A stretch of DNA of 63,869 nucleotides, filler included, from an uncultured bacterium (GTDB taxonomy: Bacteria; CAYJRR01): NCBI GenBank assembly GCA_964372275.1. It is 6 parts of 5 records of this genome, joined end to end, with 100 filler letters (N's around TTAATTAATTAA, not from the genome) between each part and the next. Parts side by side here need not be neighbours in the genome. Positions count along the whole stretch, not along the records: positions 51,575 to 58,686 come from CAYJRR010000004.1; positions 58,787 to 63,869 come from CAYJRR010000199.1; 4 more parts are not named here. The stretch is one strand, 5' to 3'. Under the pieces are notes generated by a model, which was given only the letters and a program-made list of their open reading frames with translations, made no database searches and was not told the DNA's origin. Shown one piece after another: positions 54,497-63,869 of this stretch. The position numbers and the translations under genes are program-made. The number at the start of each line of letters is the position of its first letter. Positions within the stretch are counted from its first letter, which is position 1.

Positions 54497-55397
54497 CCGG
54501 CTGCGGGTGGCGCGCGAGCCAGCCCCAGACCTGCGCCGCGAAACCGTCGACCAGGTCGGGGATGTGGCTTCCCCCCTGGATCGTCCACAGCTCGACGTCG
54601 ATTCCGGCGGGGCAGCCGGCGAAGCGATCGACGCGCGTCTCGGTCCCGGCGAGCGACTCGTCCAGGTCGATCGGCGCCGCCTCGGCGAGCGCGCCGGTGC
54701 AGCCGTCGTGCGACTGCCACTGGGTGACGCTCTGCACCGCCCCCGGATAGGCGATCCCGTAGAAGACGCCCCCCGCGTAGGCGACGGTGTCGTCGAGCGA
54801 GCCGTGGATCTGCAGCACGCTCGGGTTCCCTTGCGGGGCGCAATCGTCGGGATCGGCCCACGCCGCGCCGGCGAGGCTCACCACCGCCGCCACCTCCGGC
54901 GCCTCGCAGGCCATGCGGTGGGCCATGAAGCCGCCGTTCGAATGGCCGAGCAGGAAGATACGGCGTTCGTCGACGCGGATCTCGGCGCGGATCTCGGCGA
55001 TCAGCGAACGCAGGTAGCCGACGTCGTCCACCTCCGAGCCGAAGCCGCAGCAGGCGTCGGTCGCGTTCCAGAAGGGGTCGTCCTGCGCATTCTCGGTCCC
55101 GGCCGGCGCGGCGAGCACGATCCCTTCGCTCTCGACGAGCGGCGCGACTCCGAAGTAGGCCGCCTGAATAGACGGCGTGACGCCGTAGCCGTGCAGCACG
55201 ATCAGTAACGGATAGGAGCGCGACGGGTCGTACGACTCGGGCAGGTCGACCCGCACGGGCCGATCACCGCCGAACGTGGTTCGCGGCGAGGCCGAGAACC
55301 CTCCGCGATCGGTCTCGCCGCAGGCCGGGACCACCGCGAGGAGCGATCCCGCGATGAGTACGCAGAAAGGGGACGAACGAAGGGAACGGAGTTCCAT
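54489..55397 (-). CDS. LpqP/PHB-depolymerase-like esterase lipoprotein
   Basis: Lipobox VPAC, PLLIVLHGYG, WNATDACC, GHSNGGFMA, IHGSLDDTV, GGSH. Confidence 0.85.
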   Translation of the reverse strand: MELRSLRSSPFCVLIAGSLLAVVPACGETDRGGFSASPRTTFGGDRPVRVDLPESYDPSRSYPLLIVLHGYGVTPSIQAAYFGVAPLVESEGIVLAAPAGTENAQDDPFWNATDACCGFGSEVDDVGYLRSLIAEIRAEIRVDERRIFLLGHSNGGFMAHRMACEAPEVAAVVSLAGAAWADPDDCAPQGNPSVLQIHGSLDDTVAYAGGVFYGIAYPGAVQSVTQWQSHDGCTGALAEAAPIDLDESLAGTETRVDRFAGCPAGIDVELWTIQGGSHIPDLVDGFAAQVWGWLARHPQPAT

Positions 55398-55431
55398 GGC
55401 GTGGGGGGAGACCGGCGAACTCCTATCACAA

Positions 55432-57355
55432 TCAGAACCGCCGGCCCACCGAAACGGTGACGAGTTGGAGCGTCTCCTCGATCCGGGCGTCGACCATCGG
55501 CTCGACGAAGGGGGCCGCCGCCGCCCCCGAGAAGTCGACGCGCCGGCGCTCGATCTCGACGTTGACGCGTCCCGTCCAGCGTCCGAGGTCGGCCTCCGCG
55601 CCGATGGCCGCCGACACCGCCGGCACCGGAGCCGGACGGTTCCCCGACGTCCCGGCGGGGTCTTCGCTCCACGCGCTCCACGGGCTCAAACCCAACCGCG
55701 CGTCGAGCGTCCATGGCCGTCCACGAACCGACAGGGGGAGGCGCCCCGCGAGGCGCAGGTCGGCGGCGATGCGCGTGTGCGAGGCGATCAGGTGAAGGTC
55801 ACCGACCTCCTCCGCATCGTGCCGCTCGAGCCGCGCGGCGAAAGCCAGCCCGACCCTCCCGCGGAGCCAGACGCCCCCTTCCGCCTCGACGGCGAGCGTC
55901 GTCCCGCCGCGAAGCGTTGCCACGTTCCCGCCCCCTAGCGACGCGCGGGTCGACGAGATCCCGTATTCGACGGCGCTTCCCGACAGACCCGCGTGGAGCG
56001 GGCCGCGGGCCGCCGAGAGCGCGACCGACGGACCGACGCCGACGAACGACGCGCGGAACTCCCGCCCGTCGCCATCGCCGATCGTCCGGGCACGGACGGC
56101 GACGACCGGTCCCGCCTCGACGTCGGCGCGCCATGCCGCCTTCGGGCCTGCGGCCGGCGCCCGGACGGAGGCCGACGGCGGCGCGGGCACCTCCGCGTAC
56201 GGCCCCGCGAGCTCCGCCTCGACCCAGGCGACCAGCTCCCCCGCCGATCTCGGTCCGGAGCGCGCGATCGACCCACGCCGGAAGAGCACCGCCCGGCCCG
56301 ACCTCGAGTCGGAAGCGTCCGCCAGTACCAACGAGTCGGCATGGAGCGACGCGGCGAGAGGTTCGAGCGAGTCGCGCTCGTCCGCCGCGGCCGCGTGGCC
56401 CTCGAGGACGCGCGCGCTCGCCCGCGCGAACGAGCGGGAGCTCGCGCGGAGCGTCGCGAGGAGCCGCGCCTCGGCGAGGCCGTCGCCGCCCGCGCGGCAC
56501 GGGCGCCCGAGGAGGCCGTCGCGGTAGGNNNNNNNNNNCGACCCGGCGAAGCTCGTCGGCGCGGTTCGGGGGCAGGTGGAGCGCCATCGGCGCCGGCAGC
56601 TCGAGGTCGCGGCCCGAGTCGATGGAGAATCGCACGGAGCGAAAGTTCGGCGCGGTGACCTTGAGGTCGTGCCGTCCCGCCGGCACGCGGAACGGTGGTT
56701 CGACGACCCGACCGTCGACCCGGACGACCGCCCCCGCGGGTAGATCGAGCACGGAGATCTGGATCGACTGCGATCCCACGAGCGCGCGAAGCTGACCGAC
56801 CAGGTCGACCAGATCGGGCGGATAGGAGGCGGCGTCGACGACGAGCGACGGATCGAGAACGAGCGCCTCCTTCGCCGTGGCCAACGCGAGCGAGGCGTTC
56901 CCGCGCGCGAGGAAGATCGAGGCGCGCACCAGCGCGACCCGGATCCGATCGGCGGCCGGGACCTCCGACAGCGAGCGTTGGACCGCCTCCAGCTCGGCGA
57001 GTGTGGCCAGCGCCTCGTCCTGCCGGTCGTCGTAGTAGGCGTCGACCGCACGGGCGAGGAGCGACCCACTCTGGGTCCGTGCGGCGGACTCCACGGTGGA
57101 GCCCTCGGGCTCGGGGCTGGCGATCGCGGCGGCGACCGCCTCGACCGACTTCGCCCCGAGCGCCGGCCGCGCGGCGAGGGCCTGCTGCAGGCGCCGTTGG
57201 AGCGACCCAGCCGCCGCCGCGTCGTCGCCGACGACGATCACCGCGACGCCGGCGGGCGCTGTCCCGGCGGGTGCCGTCGGCTCCGCGTGGAGGGCCGGCG
57301 AAGCGCATGCGATCGCGATGGCGATCGCGCGAGCGTAGAGGTCGACCGGCTCCAC
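55432..57355 (-). CDS. Exported TPR/PEGA-like protein with C-terminal beta-barrel-like region; interrupted by the 10-N gap at 56529-56538
   Basis: N-part in the 55799..57595 frame (signal, TPR-like helix ALVLDPS...YPP, PEGA-like LPAGAVVRVDG...PAGRHDLKVTAP). C-part in the 55432 frame, with amphipathic strands and terminal Phe (VSVGRRF). Confidence 0.6.
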
Positions 57356-57389
57356 CGCACGAATTGTATCGTGGATTACAATCGCGCTC

Positions 57390-58686
57390 GTGCGTCTGCG
57401 TGGCGTCGGTCTTCTGCTGGTCGCGATCGGGGTGGCGTCGGCCTGCGTTCGATACGGTCTCGACGGAGAGCTCGAGGACCCGCGACGCCAGCGGGTGGTC
57501 GGCGGAACGGTCGACGGTCTGGTCGGTACGCTCGTCCTGTCCAACGCCGGCGAGACGCTGAACCTTTCGTCGAACGGCGCCTTCGCCTTCGACACGCGAT
57601 TCGCGCCAGGGGACCCCTACGACGTCACCGTCGCCGCGCCTCCCTTCGAGCGAAGCTGTACCGTGGAGGGTGGACAGGGGATCGTCGGCGAGTCCGACGT
57701 GACCGACGTCGAGGTCCACTGCCTCTCCCAGAATGCGCGGCTTGCGGCGCTGTCGCTCGAGCGGCCGGCCGAGGGGCTCACACCGGCGTTCGATCCGGAG
57801 ACCGTCCTCTACCAGGCGACCGTCGGACCGCTCGCCACCAGCGTCTCGCTGAGGGCGTCGGCGCAGGATGCCGGCGCGACGATCCTGGTCCAGGGATCGG
57901 CGCTCGTCGCCGGCGTCTCGCCGACCCTCGGACTCGGCTTCGGCGCGAACGCGCTCACAGTCGCCGTCACCGCCGAATCGGGAACCTCGAGGAACGTCGT
58001 AGTGAACGTGACGCGGTCGGCGACGCTCACCTCGCCGCCGACCTACGTGAAGGCGTCGAATACCGGCGGAGGGGACCAGTTCGGAGCGGCGGTCGCCCTG
58101 GACGGCGATACGCTGGTCGTCGGCTGCCCGTACGAGGACTCCGACGCCACGGGGGTGAACGGAAGCCAGTCGAACAACCTCGTCTCCGACAGCGGCGCGG
58201 TCTACGTCTTCGTGCGGAGCGATGGCGGCTGGTCGCAGCAGGCCTACCTCAAGCCCCCCGCCTCCGACATCGGCGACAACTTCGGCTACAGCGTGGCGGT
58301 CGACGGCGACACGGTGATCGTCGGCGCCTGGTTCGAGGACTCCGGCGCGGCGGGCGTGAACGGCAACGCGGCCGACGACTCCAAGACCAACAGCGGAGCG
58401 GCCTACGTCTTCGTGCGGAACGGGACGACGTGGTCCCAGCAGGCGTACCTGAAAGGGGCGACCTCGAACGAAAACGACCGGTTCGGCTACAGCGTCGACG
58501 TCTCCGGCGATACCGCCGTCGTCGGTTCGAAATACCGGGACGCCGGAGCGCTCAGCGACAGCGGTGAAGCGACCGTCTTCGTCCGCGCGGGAGGCGCCTG
58601 GAGCCTGCAACAGACGCTGCTGCCGTCGAACCCGGAGGCGTTGGACGAATTCGGCACGTCGGTCGCGGTCTCGGGGAACACCATCG
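57390..58686 (+). CDS. Lipoprotein with cadherin-like beta-sandwich and FG-GAP (integrin-like) repeats, 3' partial
   Basis: Lipobox ASAC; LTPAFDPETVLY; repeats YVKASNTGGGDQFGAAVALDGDTLVVG...SGAVYVFVR...WSQQAYLK. Confidence 0.88.
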
Positions 58687-58786
58687 NNNNNNNNNNNNNN
58701 NNNNNNNNNNNNNNNNNNNNNNNNNNNNNNTTAATTAATTAANNNNNNNNNNNNNNNNNNNNNNNNNNNNNNNNNNNNNNNNNNNN
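58687..58786. other. Artificial contig linker
   Basis: N-run + TTAATTAATTAA + N-run. Confidence 0.98.
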
Positions 58787-59532
58787 TCTGCGACGTAGAC
58801 GAACGAGCCGGCGACCACCGCGAGGAACGTCCCCATCGTCTCGGGCGGGATCCCGTTCCCCAGGAAGAGGTGCGCGGCGACGGCGGCGATCGGCGTCAGG
58901 ATCGCGATCGCCAGCGCGACGACGAAGGCGCGCGCGGTCGAGAGTCCTCCACGGAGCAGCAGCGACGCGAGCGCGATCCCTTCCGGGATCTTGTGCGCCA
59001 ACACGCCGAGCGAGGTTGCGGCGCCGAGCGAGACGGCCGGCGCATGACCGACGCCGAGCGCGAGCCCGTCGAACGCCGAGTGCAGCGCGAACGCGACGCC
59101 GGCAATCAGCGCCAGCGGCGCCGCCGCGGGGGTTTCGTCGTTCCAGGCGTGCGCGTGCGCGGCGTGCGCCTCGGCCGGAACCGCGGCATGTGCCGTCGCG
59201 GCGAGGTGCGTATCGCGGTGTCCCTGCCGCCCGAACGGTTCGTGACCGTGATGCTCGTGCGCGACGACGTGGGTCTCGAAGACGTAGAGCGCGAGAAAGG
59301 CGAGCAGCGCGATCCCGGCCGCGTCCCGCCCGCCACGCTCCAACGCCTCGGGCAGCAGGTGGAGGAACGCCGCGCCGAGGATCACCCCGGACGAGAAGGC
59401 GGCCAGCGGAAGCGCCCCGGCGCGGGTCCACGCGGGGCGGAGCTGCACCAACCCGACGCCGGCAAGGCTCGCCAACGCGGCGAACGTGCCGGCGGCGAGC
59501 GTCTGCGCGAGGTCGGAGGTGAAGGCGGCCAT
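58787..59532 (-). CDS. ZIP family metal transporter (3' partial)
   Basis: AFLHLLPEA, His-rich loop, LHSAFDGLALG, AHKIPEG. Confidence 0.9.
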
Positions 59533-59623
59533 CGGAGCGGAGAGGGCGGGGATCCTAACAGAACGCTCGCCGAGGCGCCGCGGGCTTGACCCGATCGCCA
59601 AAGCCGCCGAACGTGTGCGCCCG

Positions 59624-60043
59624 GTGGCAACGGTTCGGTCCGTTCACGTCGTCGCGGCGTTGATCGTCCGCGGCGGGAAGATCCTGATCGCGCAGCGCCC
59701 GGCCGGGAAGGCACGCGCCGGGCAGTGGGAGTTCCCCGGCGGGAAGCGGGAGGACGGGGAGTCGGCGGCGGCGGCCCTCTCGCGCGAGCTGCGCGAAGAG
59801 TTGGGGGTCGAGGCGGCGGTCGAGCCTCCGGTCGAGTCGGTGACGCACGACTATCCCGATCTGCGCGTGACGGTCGACTTCCACCCCTGCCGCCTCGCGG
59901 CGGAGGTCGAGGTGGCGCGGCGCGAGCACGCGCGCCTGGCGTGGGTCGCACCGTCGGAGCTGGCCGCGTTCGACTTCGTCGAAGCCGACCGGGAGCTTCT
60001 CCCGCGCCTCGCGGCGTGGGCGGCTTCGCGGGGCGACCGGTGA
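59624..60043 (+). CDS. MutT/NudG-like Nudix hydrolase
   Basis: WEFPGGKREDGESAAAALSRELREELG Nudix box; HDYP. Confidence 0.9.
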   Translation: MATVRSVHVVAALIVRGGKILIAQRPAGKARAGQWEFPGGKREDGESAAAALSRELREELGVEAAVEPPVESVTHDYPDLRVTVDFHPCRLAAEVEVARREHARLAWVAPSELAAFDFVEADRELLPRLAAWAASRGDR

Positions 60044-60963
60044 GCGGCGCGGAGGCGCTAGACGGTCCCGGTGGAGAGGAGCGGCGCGCCACCTTCGCCG
60101 TCTCGTTCCAGACGGCGGTCTCGATCGGAACCTTCTTCATCGCCAAGGAGGCGATGCGCTCCCTTCCGCCCGGTCCGATGTTGTTGCTCCGCAGCCTCGG
60201 CGCGGTCGTTCCCCTGTGGCTCCTCGTGCGATGGCGCGGCGGGTCGGTGCCGGCCGCGCCGCGCCCCGGCGACGGCCGGAGACTGTTCGCCCTCGGCGTT
60301 CTGGGCGTGCCGCTCAACCAGGGGTGTTTCCTGCTCGGGCTCGCGCACACCAGCGCCGCGCACGCCGCGCTGCTCTACGCGCTCACGCCGGCGCTGGTCC
60401 TCCTGATCGGCGCCGTGCGCGGGACCGAGCGGCTGTCGCCGGCGCGGGTCGGCGGGGTGGTCGCCGCGTTCGCCGGGGTGGCGCTCGTCTTGGCCGGCGC
60501 CGGCGCGGGTCCGGTGGACGACCCGGCGCACCGCGCGACGCTCGCCGGCGATTTGATCGTGCTCGCCGCGGTCGCCGCGTGGGCCGGGTACACCGCGCTT
60601 TCGAAGCCGATCGTCGAGCGGCTCGGTTCGGCACGCGCCACCTTCGCCACCTTGAGCCTCGGCGCGCTCGCCTACCTTCCGGTCGGCCTGTGGAGCGCTC
60701 GCGCGTTCGATCCGGCGGCCGTGCAGCCGATCGGCTGGATCGGCGTCGGCTGGCTGGTGCTCTTCTCCTCGACGCTCTCCTACGTCGCCTGGTACTACGC
60801 CATCCGGCGCCTCGATCCGTCGCGCGTGGCGATCTTCGTCAATTTGCAGCCGATCGGGACGGCGCTGATCTCGTGGGCGGTTCTGGGAGCGCCGCTTCCG
60901 GGAAGCTTCCTCCTGGGAGGGGCGCTGGTGCTGTCCGGAGTGCTGCTGGTGCAGCGCGGCTGA
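60040..60963 (+). CDS. DMT (EamA) family transporter
   Basis: About 10 TM helices; GLAHTSAAHAALL, GTERL, FVNLQP. Confidence 0.88.
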   Translation: MSGAEALDGPGGEERRATFAVSFQTAVSIGTFFIAKEAMRSLPPGPMLLLRSLGAVVPLWLLVRWRGGSVPAAPRPGDGRRLFALGVLGVPLNQGCFLLGLAHTSAAHAALLYALTPALVLLIGAVRGTERLSPARVGGVVAAFAGVALVLAGAGAGPVDDPAHRATLAGDLIVLAAVAAWAGYTALSKPIVERLGSARATFATLSLGALAYLPVGLWSARAFDPAAVQPIGWIGVGWLVLFSSTLSYVAWYYAIRRLDPSRVAIFVNLQPIGTALISWAVLGAPLPGSFLLGGALVLSGVLLVQRG

Positions 60964-61462
60964 CCGCGGCGCGCCCAAGCGCGTCGGCGAGGGGCTCGAG
61001 CTCGCGGGCGAAGGTGACCAGGTCGTCCCCCGGCTTGTAGAAGTCGGGGATGTGACCGACGACGCGATACCGAACCTTTTCGTAGAAGGCGCGCGTCGAA
61101 CCGTACGATTCCTGGGAGGAGGTCTCGATGCGGACGATCTTCCCGCCGCGTTCGTGGATGTCGGTCTCCATCCCGCGGATCAATTGCTTCCCGACGCCGC
61201 GGCCGCGCTGGTCGGCGCGGGTCACGATCCAGTAGAGGTCCCAGGCGGCGTCGGTCAGCGGCGCCGGACCGTAGATGGCGAATCCCACCGGCCGGCAGTC
61301 GTCCTCCGCGAGGACGCCGAAGTACTCCCCGTCCTTCTCCTCCACCGCGGCGTCGACCAGCTCCATCGCGCAGTCGACTTCGCGCGGGGTGAATTCGCTC
61401 GTCTGGCCCAGCAGGTCAAGCAGGGAGGGACCGTCGTCGTTTCGGAGCCTTCGTAGGCGCAT
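60839..61462 (-). CDS. GNAT N-acetyltransferase
   Basis: WDLYWIV...RGRGVGKQL, IETSS, TRAFYEK, PDFYKPGDD. Confidence 0.88.
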   Translation of the reverse strand: MRLRRLRNDDGPSLLDLLGQTSEFTPREVDCAMELVDAAVEEKDGEYFGVLAEDDCRPVGFAIYGPAPLTDAAWDLYWIVTRADQRGRGVGKQLIRGMETDIHERGGKIVRIETSSQESYGSTRAFYEKVRYRVVGHIPDFYKPGDDLVTFARELEPLADALGRAAVSRAAPAALRTAPAPLPGGSFPEAALPEPPTRSAPSRSAAN

Positions 61463-62504
61463 TGCGTTTGCCTCGTTCGAGCGCGAAGGTGACCAGCCTC
61501 TGCACCAGTTGGGGGTAGTCGAGCCCGGCCGCCTTCGCCGCCTTGGCGAAGCCGGCGTCGGGGGCGAGATCGCAGTTGGGGTTGACGTCGATGACGAACG
61601 GTTGCCCGCGGGCGTCGACCCGTATGTCGACCCGTGCGTAGTCGCGCAGGCCCAGCGCGCGGAACGCCCCCAGCGCGGCCCGGCGGATGCGGCGGCCGAG
61701 CGCTTCGTCGACCGTTCCGAAGCGGGGCATCGTGCTCTTGTATTCGACCGTTCTCGGATGCCACTTGGCGCGGTAGGAGATGATCCGCGGCACCCCGGGC
61801 GGCAGCGGCGAGAAGTCGATCTCCGCCAGGGGCAGGCACCGCGGCTCGGCGTCGCCGAGCACCGACACGTTGAACTCGCGCCCGTCGACGAACGCCTCGA
61901 CGATCGCCGGCTGGCGGAGCTTCTTGTGGATGAAACGGACGCGCCGGCCGAGCGCCGCCCGGTCGTGCACCACCGACGAGGCCTCGATCCCGATCGAGCC
62001 GTCCTCGCGCGCGGGCTTGACGATGGCGGGCCACGCGGGGGCGATCCGGGCGAGGTCCGACTCCGTCGCGATGCAGCCGCCCTCCGGCACCGGTACGGAG
62101 CCGGCGACCAGTGCCGCGCGCGCCTGCGACTTGTCGAGCGCCAGCCGCAGCGCGAGAGGGCCGTTGCCGGTGTAGGGCACGCGATGGGTCTCGAGGATCA
62201 CCGGCACCGGGATCTCGTAGCGCGGGTCACCGCGGAGCGATTCGCAAAGATTGAAGGCGAGGTCGACCGGCTGGCGGAGTAGGTCGAACAGCGCCGGAGG
62301 TCCGTCGATCGGCGCCGCCACCACCTCGTTCCCCGGAACCGCGCGCAGCGCCGAGGCGACCGCTTCGGCGGTCCGCCGCACCCCGGCGCGGGCCTCCTCG
62401 CCGCGTTTGGGACCGCCGCCGCCGGGGCCGTAGTCGTTGTTGAAAAGGACGAAGATGCGACTCAAAGGGGCCCGTAGCATGACGGACTCGCCGTCTCGAA
62501 TCAA
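61416..62504 (-). CDS. D-Ala-D-Ala ligase-like ATP-grasp protein
   Basis: FNLCESL, VPYTG, LDKS, IVKPAREDGSIGI, EAFVDGREFNV, DYARVDIR, DVNPNCDL. Confidence 0.85.
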   Translation of the reverse strand: MIRDGESVMLRAPLSRIFVLFNNDYGPGGGGPKRGEEARAGVRRTAEAVASALRAVPGNEVVAAPIDGPPALFDLLRQPVDLAFNLCESLRGDPRYEIPVPVILETHRVPYTGNGPLALRLALDKSQARAALVAGSVPVPEGGCIATESDLARIAPAWPAIVKPAREDGSIGIEASSVVHDRAALGRRVRFIHKKLRQPAIVEAFVDGREFNVSVLGDAEPRCLPLAEIDFSPLPPGVPRIISYRAKWHPRTVEYKSTMPRFGTVDEALGRRIRRAALGAFRALGLRDYARVDIRVDARGQPFVIDVNPNCDLAPDAGFAKAAKAAGLDYPQLVQRLVTFALERGKRNAPTKAPKRRRSLPA

Positions 62505-63868
62505 GGCCCCGAAGGCACGCGGAAGCCGATCTCACCGTCGATCCAGGCGAGATCGGACGCGGTCACCGGCCTTTCCACCTCTGCCGGAATCGCCAGGAGC
62601 GCAACGATGGTCGAGGCGGCGGGGAGGCGGGTGATCCGTGAAAGCGACGCGGCGTAGGCCAGGAGTTGTGGCCGGTGGTGTTCCGCGGCCGCCGGATCGG
62701 CAACGAAATCGGTCTTGTAGTCGAGAACGACGAGGCGGCCGTCCTCGATCCAGGCCAGGTCGACGATCCCCTCCAGGAGCCCGCCGTCGAGGCGAAGCGT
62801 GAACGGCCACTCGCGGAGCAGGCGGGGGGCGCGAAGGGCGCGGGCGATGGACGGAAGGGTGAGGGCATTGCGGGCCAGGCGAGCGGCGTGCTCGGCGGCG
62901 GACGGGGGGAGGCCGAGGGAGAGGGCCTCGCGGGTGGCGATGCGGGAGGCGGCGTCGGGGTCGTCGAGGTCGATTGTTTCGAGGGCGCGGTGGACGGCGG
63001 TGCCGAGGGGGAGGGAGAGGGAGGGGGGGACGGGGGGGGTGGGAAGGGAGAGGGAGCCGGAGACGGAGAGGGAGAGGGAAGGAGAAGGAAAGGAAAGGGA
63101 AGGAGGGAAGAGGGTGGAGACGGAATGGGAGCGATAGGGGCGGACGCGGGCGGCGAGGCGGGCGGCGAGGGCGGCGGCGTCGGGGTCGGGTTCGGTAACG
63201 GGTTCGGATACGGATACGGCATCGGGAGCGGCTACCGGTGCGGATACGGACTCGGCCCCGGCCCCGGTCCCGGCCCCGGATCCACTCCCACCCGCGGTCC
63301 TCCGTCTCCCGTCGATCTCCTCCAGCGCCCTCTCCAGCTCCTCGACCGGCACCCGGAACACCGGCGGGTCCCCTTCGATCGGCGTCACCTCCACCACCTG
63401 CGCCGGGCCCCCCTCGCCGGCGGCCAGCGTCGTTCCGGCGGGGGCGGTGGCCAGGCGGGGGAAGGCGGAGGTGAGGGTCGAAAGGAATCCTCCACCGCGC
63501 GTGGAGGTGAAGGCGGAGACGACGAGCGCGTCGCGTGCGCGCGTGGCGGCGACGTAGAGCAGGCGGAGGTCTTCGGCCTTTGCGCGTCGTTCCACGGCGT
63601 CGGCGGCGCGTTGGAAGCCGTCGGTCTCGAGGCCCTTCTCCTTCGGTCCGAAGCGCAGCTCGAGCCGGCCGGTCTCCGGATCGAGGTGGAAGCGCTCGGG
63701 TCGGGTGTGGCGCGCGGCGAGGTCCCCCAGCACCACGATCGGAAATTCGAGCCCCTTCGACGCGTGCAAGGTGAGGACGCGCACGGCGTCCCCCCCCTCC
63801 TCCAGGGTCGCCCCTTCGGCCTCCTCGCGCGCGTCGCGGATCCGTTCGGCGAGGCGGCGCGTCCAGGT
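62501..63868 (-). CDS. AddA/UvrD-like helicase with C-terminal PD-(D/E)XK nuclease (5' partial)
   Basis: TLHASKGLEFPIV, EDLRLLYVAATRARD, GTAVHRALE, GIVDL...LDYKT, QLLAY. Confidence 0.9.
   Translation of the reverse strand, partial: TWTRRLAERIRDAREEAEGATLEEGGDAVRVLTLHASKGLEFPIVVLGDLAARHTRPERFHLDPETGRLELRFGPKEKGLETDGFQRAADAVERRAKAEDLRLLYVAATRARDALVVSAFTSTRGGGFLSTLTSAFPRLATAPAGTTLAAGEGGPAQVVEVTPIEGDPPVFRVPVEELERALEEIDGRRRTAGGSGSGAGTGAGAESVSAPVAAPDAVSVSEPVTEPDPDAAALAARLAARVRPYRSHSVSTLFPPSLSFPSPSLSLSVSGSLSLPTPPVPPSLSLPLGTAVHRALETIDLDDPDAASRIATREALSLGLPPSAAEHAARLARNALTLPSIARALRAPRLLREWPFTLRLDGGLLEGIVDLAWIEDGRLVVLDYKTDFVADPAAAEHHRPQLLAYAASLSRITRLPAASTIVALLAIPAEVERPVTASDLAWIDGEIGFRVPSGP
63181..63283. 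repeat. CGGNNN hexamer tract in frame within the AddA-like gene
   Basis: cggggt cgggtt cggtaa cgggtt cggata cggata cggcat cgggag cggcta...cggccc; encodes GSGAGTGAGAESVSAPVAAPDAVSVSEPVTEPDPD. Confidence 0.8.
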
Positions 63869-63869
63869 G

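Noticed and set aside
55432-57355. Frameshifted pseudogene or programmed frameshift
   Set aside because: The frame change coincides with the 10-N gap of arbitrary length at 56529-56538.

Overview
This window is very GC-rich bacterial DNA, roughly 70% by eye. It is not one continuous locus. Six contigs are joined by five artificial 100-bp linkers (N-run + TTAATTAATTAA + N-run), and there are four internal 10-N scaffold gaps, so gene neighbourhood across a linker means nothing. The gene content points to a Myxococcota/Deltaproteobacteria-like organism (inference): a Myxococcales-type sigma-like regulator, an FHA-sigma54 activator, a bamD-TPR pair, a DUF4388 protein, and IgGFc-binding and FG-GAP lipoproteins. 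Most genes are housekeeping (thiE, pabB, dnaB, wecB, comF, coxB, leuS-lptE-mazG, astC-astA, bamD, xth, purMN, psuG-rnhB-yraN-rsmI, ugd, tupA, an AddA/UvrD-like helicase-nuclease). No rRNA, tRNA, CRISPR array or transposase was recognised. Three things stand out. (1) An apparently biosynthetic cluster at about 8.1-18.7 kb. Its core is a translationally coupled operon: Cys/Met PLP lyase, orphan AmmeMemoRadiSam-type radical SAM enzyme with an extra C-terminal domain, membrane desaturase, and beta-helix acyltransferase. Around it lie a second CrtR-like desaturase, an Lgt homologue lacking the usual histidines, a stand-alone TPP E1 alpha/beta pair and an ABC exporter. (2) A four-helix-bundle gene preceded by a ~370-bp inverted array of CGGNNN/CCGNNN hexamers and a 17-bp hairpin. 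The same hexamer pattern appears in frame inside pabB and the AddA-like gene. (3) Several clear cis-elements: an operator-like palindrome over the RHH-ugd promoter, DnaA-box-like repeats upstream of dnaB, an AT-rich divergent promoter island, and an inverted heptamer array.
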